Assembly (NCBI GenBank): GCA_028286615.1
Contig: JAQBRG010000002.1
Location: 31,235-95,234 of the forward strand
Length of the DNA: 64,000 nt
DNA from: Parcubacteria group bacterium
Lineage (GTDB): Bacteria; Patescibacteriota; Minisyncoccia; Phycocordibacterales; Phycocordibacteraceae
Direction of reading: 5' to 3'
Shown here: positions 1 to 9,121 of the stretch, one piece after another
How positions within the stretch are numbered: the first letter of the stretch is position 1
How the letters are laid out: every line of letters begins with the position of its first letter
Made by a program: the position numbers and the translations under genes
Notes under the pieces: generated by a model
Told to the model about the DNA's origin: nothing
What the model saw: the letters and a program-made list of their open reading frames with translations, nothing else
The model's database searches: none

Positions 1-414
1 AAGCGTGCCCCATGGATACGGTTGTGTTGAAGACCATCCTTGATAACGAATGAGTACTTTCTGTCCAATAGGAAGAGACTCTCCCTTAACAACGAAGGGA
101 ACATACATCTTCTTCCAGTCCGGGATCATCATGGTTAGATGCTCCTCTTTGTTTTCAACCAAAGTTCCTACGAATGTTTCGCGGCTTCTTGTTACAACCT
201 CAACAACCTTGCCAACGGCACGGTTCTTCTTAGTACGTGAATCAACTTCAAATCCCGTATGCATAACCTTAACGGTGTCGTTAGGGAATGCACCTCCAAG
301 ATTCTCTCCAGATATGAAGAGATCCTCCTCTTCAGGGTCATATGAAAAGAAGCCCTTGCCGGTCTTCGTAATAGTTATCGGTCCTTCGTATATCTCCTTT
401 TCGGCCATTTGCAT
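1..414 (-). CDS. rnr: Partial CDS (N-terminal part; continues beyond window start): exoribonuclease R-like (cold-shock/S1-like N-terminal domains)
   Basis: Minus-strand translation from ATG at about 412-414: MQMAEKEIYEGPITITKTGKGFFSYDPEEEDLFISGENLGGAFPNDTVKV...RTKKNRAVGKVVEVVTRSRETFVGTL. It runs open to the window edge. The pattern resembles the RNase R N-terminus (GYGFLRVEG...KAVGKIVEVL). The overlapping plus ORF 50..430 is low-complexity and non-protein-like. Confidence 0.5.
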   Translation of the reverse strand, partial: MQMAEKEIYEGPITITKTGKGFFSYDPEEEDLFISGENLGGAFPNDTVKVMHTGFEVDSRTKKNRAVGKVVEVVTRSRETFVGTLVENKEEHLTMMIPDWKKMYVPFVVKGESLPIGQKVLIRYQGWSSTQPYPWGTL

Positions 415-570
415 CAACTTTAGCAGATAAAGCTGTTTCTGCTATGCTTTACGTGTCCCGGTTCATCCCCCCGACACGGGACCAGCTGAGACCTGCGGCG
501 ATTTTCTTCATCTGAAGGAGTCGCCGCTTTTTTGACATACATGTAGACACGTTGTATTAATGCAGACAGA

Positions 571-1455
571 GTGGTTGTGACCACGTTCATTGGGAGAAAG
601 ATTATGAATCCGTTTCGTTTATCTCTTGCGGTGTTCTGTGGCGCGCTAATCGGCGCACTCGTCGCGAGGAATGTGATCCCGGGATATTACTGGGCGTGGA
701 ATGTGCTTGGTGGGGGAATGTCAGGCGGTGTCATCGCGTGGATGGTGTGCGACTTCTCGGGCTTTCGAGCCGCCTTTTCGAAGGCGTTCCAAAAAGCTTG
801 GATCCAATTGCTGCCACCGAGGCAACGGCAGCCCCGCGTTGCGCCTCGCTCCTTTCACTCGTTTCCAACCTACCTAAGAGAACATGTTGTGTGGAATCAC
901 ACTCTCGCAGCATTGTGTGTAAGTAGCGGCGCGGCGACCCTCGTCGCTGTGACACTAAGTGCGCTGTTGTACAGCTTCCCGGAAGTGCACAAGAGTTTCG
1001 CACAATCGCCTTACACGACTGTGCTTAGTGAGTTACGATTCGTTATCCTGCCATCTTACTTTCTCACAGCATTGTTCGCGTTCCCGCTCGCCTCGTTCAT
1101 CTACACAATCAAAGTTCTCACGATGTCCCGCAAGACTCTTGTGGAGCTTCAACGGGATGAAGAGCCTGGAGATGTGGAAGCGAAGACGCAAATGATGAAA
1201 CGGGGATGCCTATACTGGAATCCCTTCTGCGCGCCTTTCTCTGTGGTTTGGTTTACGTTTCTGTTCCTCAAGTTCGTCGTGGTGCATCTCTATCGCTTCA
1301 CCGCCTCGAACGAACGCATTGCTGCTTTTCTGCTCGGCTCTATATTTGCCGTTGCAGGATATGGCTTCGGCCGGCCTGTTCTGTCGGCCTGCGCTGGGGC
1401 TCTCTGCGGTTTCAGCATCGCCCGCATCGAACGGTGGCGGTTGTCTCGAATATAA
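571..1455 (+). CDS. Hypothetical polytopic membrane protein (start may be 601, MNPFRL)
   Basis: 294-aa ORF with multiple hydrophobic segments. GC content and codon usage (CTG/GCG/GGC) are visibly higher than in neighbouring genes. Confidence 0.5.
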   Translation: MVVTTFIGRKIMNPFRLSLAVFCGALIGALVARNVIPGYYWAWNVLGGGMSGGVIAWMVCDFSGFRAAFSKAFQKAWIQLLPPRQRQPRVAPRSFHSFPTYLREHVVWNHTLAALCVSSGAATLVAVTLSALLYSFPEVHKSFAQSPYTTVLSELRFVILPSYFLTALFAFPLASFIYTIKVLTMSRKTLVELQRDEEPGDVEAKTQMMKRGCLYWNPFCAPFSVVWFTFLFLKFVVVHLYRFTASNERIAAFLLGSIFAVAGYGFGRPVLSACAGALCGFSIARIERWRLSRI

Positions 1456-1789
1456 GAAGTCGCGCTCTGGCCAAACGGTCGGGGCGCTTTCTTTGAATTA
1501 GCTGTCCTTATTTACATACACAAGAAAACAGCGTATAACCCGCAAGGCATCAGCAAAGGAGGCCAGCATGATAATTCTTAGAATCTGCTGGAAACTCCTG
1601 CAGATCTTGTACATCCGAATATTTATCGCAGAGTATCGTTTTCTCCGAACCTGCAAGTGGAAAATGTACTGTTTCCGTATGAACAAAACGAAACGGGGCA
1701 AGAAACTCAAGCGTCTTCTTGGGCTATGTGTGAGGCGTACATTCTGGAAAAAGTCTTCCCAGTACATCAAGCTAAGCTGCGTATCGTAT

Positions 1790-2230
1790 ATGGGGCGAGG
1801 GTACAGCGAAGTTGAGGACGCGAAGATTTATTGGGAAGCTCCTCTTGCGTTCACCATCTGGAGCGACAAGGGCCCGCTCTTCGCACTAGCCGTTGAGTTC
1901 TGGAACGACACTCTCTGCATTCGTCAGCTCCAAGGAGTTGGCGGAGCTTCAATACCCGAAGACCTTCGACACTGGCCGAATATGTTTGTAGAAGCGTGCT
2001 GTCTTTTTGCACGGAAAGCGAACTTCAAGCGAGTGCGGCTGTATCGGGCAAATCAGTCTCTCTTCTATGCCTATCCAGATGTATCAAAGGTCCCGCTTGA
2101 AAAACAAATCGAAGAGGTAAGCGCTATCCGGAAACGTATGACCCGTCGGTACGACTACACGGCAGAACAAGCCGGGTTTGTCATGATGCCGCGTTGGGGC
2201 GAATGGACTAACTTAAAGGTGCGGCACTGA
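1790..2230 (+). CDS. Hypothetical protein (track ORF 1568..2230; likely true start ATG 1790)
   Basis: The C-terminal 146 aa (MGRGYSEVEDAKIYWEAPLAF...) look protein-like. The N-terminal 74 codons of the track ORF are AT-rich, Cys/Arg/Ile-rich and overlap minus ORF 1498..1770, so are probably non-coding. Confidence 0.4.
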   Translation: MGRGYSEVEDAKIYWEAPLAFTIWSDKGPLFALAVEFWNDTLCIRQLQGVGGASIPEDLRHWPNMFVEACCLFARKANFKRVRLYRANQSLFYAYPDVSKVPLEKQIEEVSAIRKRMTRRYDYTAEQAGFVMMPRWGEWTNLKVRH

Positions 2231-2252
2231 TTCCTCAGGCCGCACCTTTTCC
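2216..2252 (+). terminator. Rho-independent terminator
   Basis: aaggtgcggc-actgattcctca-ggccgcacc followed by tttt, immediately after the stop at 2230. Confidence 0.6.
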
Positions 2253-2299
2253 CTTTGTATTTGACCCTTTGCTGGCTTTCTGTTACTCTGCCCGCACAT

Positions 2300-2800
2300 A
2301 TGTTGATGATCCGATTCCAGCGCATTGGCCGTAAGAACGACGCGGCTTTTCGCATGGCAGTGCTAGAAAAGACCGCCGGTCCTAAGGCGGGCAAGTACGT
2401 TGACCTCGTAGGAACCTATAACCCTAAGACCAAGGCCATGACGGTTAAGGCAGACCGCATCAAGGAGTGGATGGCAAAGGGAGCTCAGGTTTCACCTTCG
2501 CTCATGAACCTCCTTATTAACAAGGGAATCCTTGAAGGAACAAAGTCTGCTGTTATCTCTAAGCAGAATCTCGAGAAGCACATTGCAAAGCGCAAGGCTG
2601 AAGAAGAAGCTGCAGCCGCAAAGGCAGCTGAAGCTGCTGAGAAAGAAGCAGCCGCAACCAAGGCTGCTGAGGAGGCTGCAGCTGCAGCTCCTGCAGAGGA
2701 AGCCGCTCCTGAAGAAGTTGTTGCTGAGGTTACCGAAGAAGAGGCAGCACCAGCAGTTGAAGAAGCTGCTCCCGCAGAGACCGAAGAGGTTGCTGCGTAA
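2300..2800 (+). CDS. rpsP: 30S ribosomal protein S16 with Ala/Glu-rich C-terminal extension
   Basis: MLMIRFQRIGRKNDAAFRMAVLEKTAGPKAGKYVDLVGTYNP matches the S16 N-terminus (MLMIRLQR...). Start corrected to ATG 2300. C-terminal tail is AEEAAAAKAAEAAEKEAAATKAAEEAAAAAPAEEAAPEEVVAEVTEEE. Confidence 0.9.
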   Translation: MLMIRFQRIGRKNDAAFRMAVLEKTAGPKAGKYVDLVGTYNPKTKAMTVKADRIKEWMAKGAQVSPSLMNLLINKGILEGTKSAVISKQNLEKHIAKRKAEEEAAAAKAAEAAEKEAAATKAAEEAAAAAPAEEAAPEEVVAEVTEEEAAPAVEEAAPAETEEVAA

Positions 2801-2859
2801 GCGCTTTTCGCGCTCCCGTTCTCCTTATCCAATCCTATTTCTGTTAACGCTGTACGACT

Positions 2860-3156
2860 ATGGAACAAGATCACGCATTTCTCGAATACGTAATTAAGGC
2901 ACTCGTTGATAATCCTGACGCGGTTGTTATTAACCGCTCGGTAGATGAGATGGGTGTACTCCTTACCCTTACCGTCTCTCCAGACGACATGGGCAAGATA
3001 ATCGGACGTGACGGCACCATTGCTAAAGCACTCCGCACACTCCTTCGCGTTGTTGGTATGAAGCACAACGCTCGCGTGAATCTCAAGATCAACGAACCCA
3101 TGGGCGGCAAGAGGGAAGACCGGCCGCTTGATGAGGTAATCGAAGACCTCGGATAA
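2860..3156 (+). CDS. KH-domain RNA-binding protein (YlqC/UPF0109 family)
   Basis: 98 aa; VSPDDMGKIIGRDGTIAKALRTLLRVVG is a KH GxxG motif. Sits in the canonical rpsP-KH-(rimM)-trmD position. Confidence 0.8.
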   Translation: MEQDHAFLEYVIKALVDNPDAVVINRSVDEMGVLLTLTVSPDDMGKIIGRDGTIAKALRTLLRVVGMKHNARVNLKINEPMGGKREDRPLDEVIEDLG

Positions 3157-3188
3157 AAAGACAAGCGGCGAGAGCCGCTTTCTTTCGT

Positions 3189-3860
3189 ATGATTAAATTC
3201 CATCTCATAACCCTTTTCCCCGAAGCCTGTGACGCATACCTCAGTGCGTCTATTCTTGGACGCGCACGAGAAGCGAAGAAGATATCTGTTGCATACCAGA
3301 GCCCAAGAGATTTCGTAACAAACAAATGGGGCAAGGTTGATGAGCGTCCGTACGGTGGAGGTCCCGGTATGGTTATGACGGCGCTTCCTGTTGTGAAAGC
3401 GGTTAAGAAAGCTCTCGGCAAGCGCACCACTAAGAAAGCCATCATCTGGTTCACTCCCTCAGGCAAACAATTTACGAACAAAGATGCAGACGCGCTAGGG
3501 AAGTTAGATGAGGTTGTATTTGTCTGTGGACGATACGAAGGCATAGACGAACGCGCTGCAAAGATCCTCAAGACCATGGCGCCTCTCAAGAAGTTTGCGG
3601 TTGGCGAAGCGGTATACACCGGAGGCGAAGTACCTGCTATGGCCATGGTTGATGCGATAACCCGAAGAATCCCAGGCGTGCTTGGAAAGGACGAATCTGT
3701 TGAAGAGCGTCGTATAGCTGCGAGCGAGACGTTTACGCGTCCCGATGTACTTGAATGGGAAGGGAAGAAGTATCCAGTACCTCCCGTACTTAAGACCGGA
3801 GACCATAAAAAGATTGATGCGTGGCGCACGAAGAATATAAAAAAGAAGAAAGCCGGTTAA
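3189..3860 (+). CDS. trmD: tRNA (guanine37-N1)-methyltransferase
   Basis: MIKFHLITLFPEACDAYLSASILGRA...YGGGPGMVM...VFVCGRYEGIDERA are TrmD SPOUT motifs. Confidence 0.9.
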   Translation: MIKFHLITLFPEACDAYLSASILGRAREAKKISVAYQSPRDFVTNKWGKVDERPYGGGPGMVMTALPVVKAVKKALGKRTTKKAIIWFTPSGKQFTNKDADALGKLDEVVFVCGRYEGIDERAAKILKTMAPLKKFAVGEAVYTGGEVPAMAMVDAITRRIPGVLGKDESVEERRIAASETFTRPDVLEWEGKKYPVPPVLKTGDHKKIDAWRTKNIKKKKAG

Positions 3861-3868
3861 GACTTTCT

Positions 3869-4147
3869 TCAGTATTCGCGCCACATTTCGAAAGATATCG
3901 CTAGGCATATAAGTGCCAGGGCGTATTGGGTTAAAACATAGCCGTAAAATGTGGGCGTGGGCCAACGGATATCTTGTAAGACTCCAACCAACCAAATTGA
4001 GTCTGGCAAGAAATTTGCTCCAAGAACAATGCCGGTGGGTAACAAGCCAACGGCAATAACCAGAAGCTGTAGTGCAGCTAGTTTAATTACGCGCATCAGA
4101 TGTCCCTCCTCTTGAGCAAATAAAACACTCAGGAATATTGTTGTCAA
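3869..4147 (-). CDS. Hypothetical small membrane protein
   Basis: 92-aa ORF with two or three hydrophobic helices. No recognisable family. Confidence 0.3.
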   Translation of the reverse strand: MTTIFLSVLFAQEEGHLMRVIKLAALQLLVIAVGLLPTGIVLGANFLPDSIWLVGVLQDIRWPTPTFYGYVLTQYALALICLAISFEMWREY

Positions 4148-4201
4148 CGAATCTCTTCTACGGTACTGTGCCGGCAGACAACAGCTCTATGGAGAAACGA
4201 A

Positions 4202-5005
4202 ATGACGCACTCAAACGATGCGCTCAAGGAGCTGCTCGCTCAAGCAGTCATCCGTAACGGGCTTGTTTGGTTCGAGCCAGTCGAGAATTCGAAGATCGAA
4301 AACGGATGTCTGGTCCTCGGACTACGGACAGCCACGGGTAAGACCCAACGATTGATGGGAAAAGGTGAGCCGAGGCTCAATCTCAAAGAAGCCGGTATTC
4401 CTTTCGGGAAAAGACCGTCGGTAACCCTTCTGCGAAAGGTGCGCAGGTATCTCGCAAAGAGATCAGCCCGACTTTCCGTTGATAAACCGATAAGCCAAGA
4501 CTTCCTATTCCGTGTGTGGTCTGGCATGGATCTTATCGAAGCACTGATACCAAGCGCATACGTTGGAATCCTTGAGCTACAAGCGAGTCTTCCGTTCGCT
4601 TATCGACGCATAACCGAAAAAGATCTAGACAGGGTCTCGGCAAAGGTTGATGAGAGTGTGCAGACAGTACTGGATAAATGCACCGTTTCGATACATCTCG
4701 AGGCTGTGGTCCCGATTCCAGGTATCGATCTTGGCTCGCCGTTTCTGATTGGGCGTAAACCTTTGCTCAATCTCGTCACGCCGGCAGACTCACCGGAAGG
4801 CAAAGCGCTCGCGGTGTATGAGCTTTTCTATCAAGCTTTGGCGGAGGAGTGCCGTAAGGATAATCTCCACATAACACTTAAGAAGTTCTGGTGCCCAGCC
4901 TTCCTTGCAAAGTGGATAGTTGGTACCCGAAATGATTTTGGTAACCCAGACGAGCTTGCGATTGATTTCGTTCACACGTGCCGCGCTGTTCTAAAAGCTG
5001 CATAA
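4202..5005 (+). CDS. Hypothetical protein
   Basis: 267-aa ORF with protein-like composition and no recognised motif. Confidence 0.5.
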   Translation: MTHSNDALKELLAQAVIRNGLVWFEPVENSKIENGCLVLGLRTATGKTQRLMGKGEPRLNLKEAGIPFGKRPSVTLLRKVRRYLAKRSARLSVDKPISQDFLFRVWSGMDLIEALIPSAYVGILELQASLPFAYRRITEKDLDRVSAKVDESVQTVLDKCTVSIHLEAVVPIPGIDLGSPFLIGRKPLLNLVTPADSPEGKALAVYELFYQALAEECRKDNLHITLKKFWCPAFLAKWIVGTRNDFGNPDELAIDFVHTCRAVLKAA

Positions 5006-5142
5006 CCCCATGCAGTAAAGGCTCGTCCCTCACCGGACGGGCCTTTTACATAACATATTGACAAATACACCAATATGGTGTATGTTAGACCCTGGCTTTC
5101 ATTGCGCATCCTGCGCCTACGTACCTTTTAGGGGACATAAAT

Positions 5143-5640
5143 ATGCAACGAGTTTGGACCTTTCTGCTCGCCATGAGTGCCACGGCGCTCTTCCTGCTGA
5201 TCGCACCTGTCGTGTTCGCTCGGTTGGGCGACATCGACGTGATCCGCAAGACCTGCCTCGTCATCACCGCGGGCGGCGGCGCGCTCTTCCTGCTGTACTA
5301 CATCATGGCAGCGCACGACCTGCCGCGGCATGAGATGAAAAGGCTCGACCATCTGCTGTTCATCGGCAGCGGCACGATCATCTCGACCATCGCGGTCTTC
5401 CTGTTCTTCGCGTTCAAGGACGTCTCGATCCTGGCGATGTTGGGCTTCGGCCTCGTCCTGGCTCTCACCACGGTGTTCTGCGGCAAAAAGCTGCAGGAGG
5501 CCACGGAGGAAGCTGCGAAGCAGAAGGAAGCTTTGCTTGAACGCGCGAACGAAATCGTCCGTGACCAGCAAGCTCCGCTCCAGTCGGCCAAGGGTGCGCC
5601 CTTCGGCTATGACCTGCACATCGACGCCGAGCCGTCCTAA
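5143..5640 (+). CDS. Hypothetical membrane protein, compositionally atypical (high GC)
   Basis: 165 aa with 3-4 TM helices plus a coiled C-terminus. DNA is about 60% GC with a CTG/GCG/GGC codon bias unlike the flanking genes. Confidence 0.55.
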   Translation: MQRVWTFLLAMSATALFLLIAPVVFARLGDIDVIRKTCLVITAGGGALFLLYYIMAAHDLPRHEMKRLDHLLFIGSGTIISTIAVFLFFAFKDVSILAMLGFGLVLALTTVFCGKKLQEATEEAAKQKEALLERANEIVRDQQAPLQSAKGAPFGYDLHIDAEPS

Positions 5641-5685
5641 CCAGGGCGCTCACGCATACTAGGCAACCCCGCCTCAACCTAACAA

Positions 5686-5717
5686 CGACCAGTTTCCTCA
5701 CGGAGCTGGTCGTTTTT
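5686..5717 (+). terminator. Rho-independent terminator
   Basis: cgaccag-tttcctcacggag-ctggtcg followed by ttttt. Confidence 0.55.
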
Positions 5718-5747
5718 GCTATTCCCATACCCCTTCTTCACCTTCCC

Positions 5748-5777
5748 TTGACGTACTCTGTGCTAAGCCGGTATACT
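5748..5777 (+). promoter_or_regulatory. Candidate sigma-70-type promoter upstream of rpoB
   Basis: TTGACG (5748-5753), 18-nt spacer, TATACT (5772-5777), about 150 nt upstream of the rpoB ATG. Confidence 0.35.
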
Positions 5778-5929
5778 CCTGGTACAGATTGAGTAACGGG
5801 GGCAGGCAGTGCGAAAAGCAGGAAAATACTTTAAAAACAGCGTCTCGAGACAACGAGAGACGTCGCCCGTTGTTATACGGGCGCTTCGGCGTTTCTTTCG
5901 TTTCGACACACATCTAATACGCCACAGAC

Positions 5930-8900
5930 ATGGAGCAAAAAAAGCTCGTGCCCAAGACGTTCGGCGCGTACCAGCCGCCGCGTGTAGATTTCCCAGACTT
6001 GGTTGGACACCAACGTGAATCTTTTAACTGGCTCTTGAAGGACGGCCTTCAGGAACTGTTCAAAGAGTTTTCTCCTATTCCAGACTATTCTGGAAAGAAG
6101 TTCGAACTTCGTATAGACGGATTCGAGATCGGCGAACCAAAAGCAGACGAAGAGTCTGCTCGTGAGAACATGCGCACCTACGAGGCGCCCGTTAAGATTT
6201 CAGTTACCCTTATCAACAAGACTTTCGGTTCTGAAAAGACCCAGGAGATCTTCCTTGCGGACATGCCAATGATGACACCGCACGGATCATTCATCGTTTC
6301 CGGTGTTGAGCGCGCAATCGTGCCTCAGCTCGCTCGTTCTTTCGGCGCATTCTTTGCTGCTGAGGAAGTGAAAGGAAAGCAGTACTTCGGTGCAAAGATT
6401 CTTCCGTCTCGCGGCGTATGGATCGAGATCGAAACTGACACCGACGGATCTATCTTCGTTAAGATCGACCGCAAGCGTAAGTTCCCAATCACGAACCTCC
6501 TTACCGTCTTCGGTGCTGGAGTTCGTGACGAGCTTCTAACCAAGTTCAAGGGAAACGAAGTAGCTCAGGCTGCTATCACCGCAACCCTCGCACACGACAC
6601 CGCACAGTCCATGGACGATGCGTTCGTTGAGATACATCGCCGTATGCGCGACGGAGATCTCGCTACCCCAGATAACGCCAAGCAGTACGTCAACGCGCTT
6701 TTTGCCCCCGAACGCTATGACCTCAACCGCGTTGGACGCCACCGCCTCAACGCCCGCTTCGGACTTCCAACCGACAAGAAAGCGCTCGACCAGCGTGTGC
6801 TTACCGTAGACGACCTTCTCCGCATCGTTGGAGAGATCGCTCGCATGAACCAGGACCCTAACGCGCAGCCAGACGACATCGATCACCTCGGCTTCCGTCG
6901 TGTTCGTTTCGTTGGAGAACTTCTCCAGGCACGTATGCGTGTTGGTATGTCTCGCATGAAGCGAAACATCCAGGACCGCATGTCCACAATTGAAAGCGAG
7001 ACTACGCTTCCTATGGCACTTGTTAACCCTCGTCCATTCCAGGCTTCAGTCCGTGAGTTCTTCACAGCCAACCAGCTTTCGCAGTTCATGGATCAGCAGA
7101 ACATTCTTGCTGAGCTTGAGAACATGCGAACTCTTTCAGCGCTCGGTCCCGGCGGACTCACTCGCGAGCGTGCAGGCTTCGAGGTTCGTGACGTGCACCC
7201 ATCGCACTACGGACGTCTCTGCCCAATCCACACGCCTGAAGGACAGAACATCGGTCTTATTCTCCGTCTCGCGCTTCATGCACGTACCAACGAGTTCGGT
7301 GTTATCGAAACACCATACGCAAAGGTTACGAAGGGAGTTGTTACCGACGAGATTGAATACCTCAACGCTCTTGATGAGGAGAATTACGTTATCGCCCACG
7401 GCGCTACGCCGCTAGACGCTAAGAAGCACATCGTTCCCGACACTATTGAAGCGCGCCGAGGTGGCGAGCCTGCAGTTGTTCGTCGCGACGAAATCGATTA
7501 CATCGATGCCTCGACGTACCAGATGTTCTCAGCTGCTACAGCTATGATCCCATTCGTTGATCATGACGACTCCAACCGTGCACTCATGGGTTCAAACATG
7601 CAGAAGCAAGCAACCCCTGTCCTCATTCCTGAGGCTCCTTTGGTTGCAACGGGTATTGAAGAGCACGCAGCACGTAACACAGGACGACTTGTTATCGCTC
7701 TTGAAAGCGGAACCGCTACATACGTAGACGCTCGTCGCATTCTCATTGAGGACGCAAAGGGCAAAATAAAGGAGTACCGCCTTCAGGGCCTTACACAGAC
7801 CAACCAGAACTCTGCCTTTAACCAGCGTCCTATCATCAAGACAGGCGACAAGGTTAAGAAGGGGGATGTGCTCGCAGACGCATCAAGTTCCGACCAGGGC
7901 CAGATGGCACTCGGACAGAACGTTCGCGTTGCCTTCATGTCTTGGAGCGGTGCTAACTACGAGGACGCCATCATCGTGTCTGAACGACTCGTTGAGCAGT
8001 CCAAGTTCACCACCGTTCACATTGAAGACTTCGAGTGTGCCGTTCGCGACACGAAGCTTGGAGCTGAAGTAACCACGCACGATATTCCTAACGTGGGAGA
8101 GCTTCGTCTTAAGAACCTCGATGAGGAAGGTGTGGTACGTATCGGTGCTGAAGTACGTCCCGGCGACATTCTCGTTGGAAAGGTAACTCCCAAGGGAGAG
8201 ACCCAGCTTACTCCTGAAGAACGTCTTCTTCGTTCTATCTTCGGAGACAAGGCTAAGGACGTGAAGGACACCTCACTTCGCATGGAAGGAGGAAAGCGTG
8301 GCCGTGTTATCGGCGTACGCGTCTTCTCACGCGAGAAGGGAGACCAGCTCGAAAGCGGCATCATCAAGAAGATTGTCGTAACAGTCGCACAGGTTCGTAA
8401 CGTATCGGTTGGAGACAAGCTCGCCGGTCGTCACGGAAACAAGGGAGTTATCTCCCGCGTGCTTCCCGTTGAAGACATGCCATACGACGAGGACGGAAAC
8501 CCAATCGACCTCATCCTTACGCCGCTCGGTGTGCCATCTCGTATGAACCTTGGACAGATTCTTGAGATGCACCTCGGTCTAGCAGCACACACGCTCGGAT
8601 ACCAGGCTATTGTTCCTCCATTTGCTGGAGCAACTGCTGACGAAATCCGCGACGAACTCGAAGCTGCCGGATTCTCCCGTAACGGAAAGATGCAGCTCTT
8701 CGATGGACGTACTGGCGAAGCATTCGCACAGACCATCTCAGTTGGCTACATGTATATCTTGAAACTCCATCACATGGTGGAAGACAAGATCCACATGCGC
8801 TCAATCGGTCCGTACTCCCTTATCACCCAGCAGCCGCTCGGAGGAAAGGCACAGAACGGAGGACAGCGTTTCGGAGAAATGGAAGTGTGGGCGCTCTTGG

Positions 8901-9106
8901 GTTACGGATCTGCGTACACTCTTCGAGAAATGCTCACCATCAAATCGGACGATATCCAGGGACGCTCTGCGACCTTCGATGCAATCGTGAAGGGCGAGCC
9001 CGTTTCTCATGCAGGAACACCGGCATCCTTCTCGGTACTTACTAACCAGATCCGCGGTCTCGCGCTCGATATTGAACCTATCGAAGACGCGGCCTTGGAC
9101 GCCTAA
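5930..9106 (+). CDS. rpoB: DNA-directed RNA polymerase subunit beta
   Basis: 1058 aa with conserved RpoB blocks (GPGGLTRERAGFEVRDVHPSHYGRLCPIHTPEGQNIGL; GDKLAGRHGNKGVISRV; GGQRFGEMEVWAL). Confidence 0.97.
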   Translation: MEQKKLVPKTFGAYQPPRVDFPDLVGHQRESFNWLLKDGLQELFKEFSPIPDYSGKKFELRIDGFEIGEPKADEESARENMRTYEAPVKISVTLINKTFGSEKTQEIFLADMPMMTPHGSFIVSGVERAIVPQLARSFGAFFAAEEVKGKQYFGAKILPSRGVWIEIETDTDGSIFVKIDRKRKFPITNLLTVFGAGVRDELLTKFKGNEVAQAAITATLAHDTAQSMDDAFVEIHRRMRDGDLATPDNAKQYVNALFAPERYDLNRVGRHRLNARFGLPTDKKALDQRVLTVDDLLRIVGEIARMNQDPNAQPDDIDHLGFRRVRFVGELLQARMRVGMSRMKRNIQDRMSTIESETTLPMALVNPRPFQASVREFFTANQLSQFMDQQNILAELENMRTLSALGPGGLTRERAGFEVRDVHPSHYGRLCPIHTPEGQNIGLILRLALHARTNEFGVIETPYAKVTKGVVTDEIEYLNALDEENYVIAHGATPLDAKKHIVPDTIEARRGGEPAVVRRDEIDYIDASTYQMFSAATAMIPFVDHDDSNRALMGSNMQKQATPVLIPEAPLVATGIEEHAARNTGRLVIALESGTATYVDARRILIEDAKGKIKEYRLQGLTQTNQNSAFNQRPIIKTGDKVKKGDVLADASSSDQGQMALGQNVRVAFMSWSGANYEDAIIVSERLVEQSKFTTVHIEDFECAVRDTKLGAEVTTHDIPNVGELRLKNLDEEGVVRIGAEVRPGDILVGKVTPKGETQLTPEERLLRSIFGDKAKDVKDTSLRMEGGKRGRVIGVRVFSREKGDQLESGIIKKIVVTVAQVRNVSVGDKLAGRHGNKGVISRVLPVEDMPYDEDGNPIDLILTPLGVPSRMNLGQILEMHLGLAAHTLGYQAIVPPFAGATADEIRDELEAAGFSRNGKMQLFDGRTGEAFAQTISVGYMYILKLHHMVEDKIHMRSIGPYSLITQQPLGGKAQNGGQRFGEMEVWALLGYGSAYTLREMLTIKSDDIQGRSATFDAIVKGEPVSHAGTPASFSVLTNQIRGLALDIEPIEDAALDA

Positions 9107-9121
9107 CCTCTCACCTGACTT

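Noticed and set aside
50-430. Plus-strand ORF (126 aa) at the window start
   Set aside because: Low-complexity, Ser/Thr/Phe-rich translation. The opposite strand encodes a convincing RNase R-like N-terminus, so the plus ORF is taken as antisense noise.
2485-3066. Minus ORF (193 aa) and plus ORF 2532..2897 overlapping the rpsP tail
   Set aside because: Artefacts of the GAA/GCT-rich repeat encoding the Ala/Glu tail, which gives open frames on both strands. The rpsP frame is the conserved one.
3089-3829. 246-aa minus ORF antisense to trmD
   Set aside because: Ser/Thr/Ala-rich antisense frame. trmD motifs are unambiguous on the plus strand.
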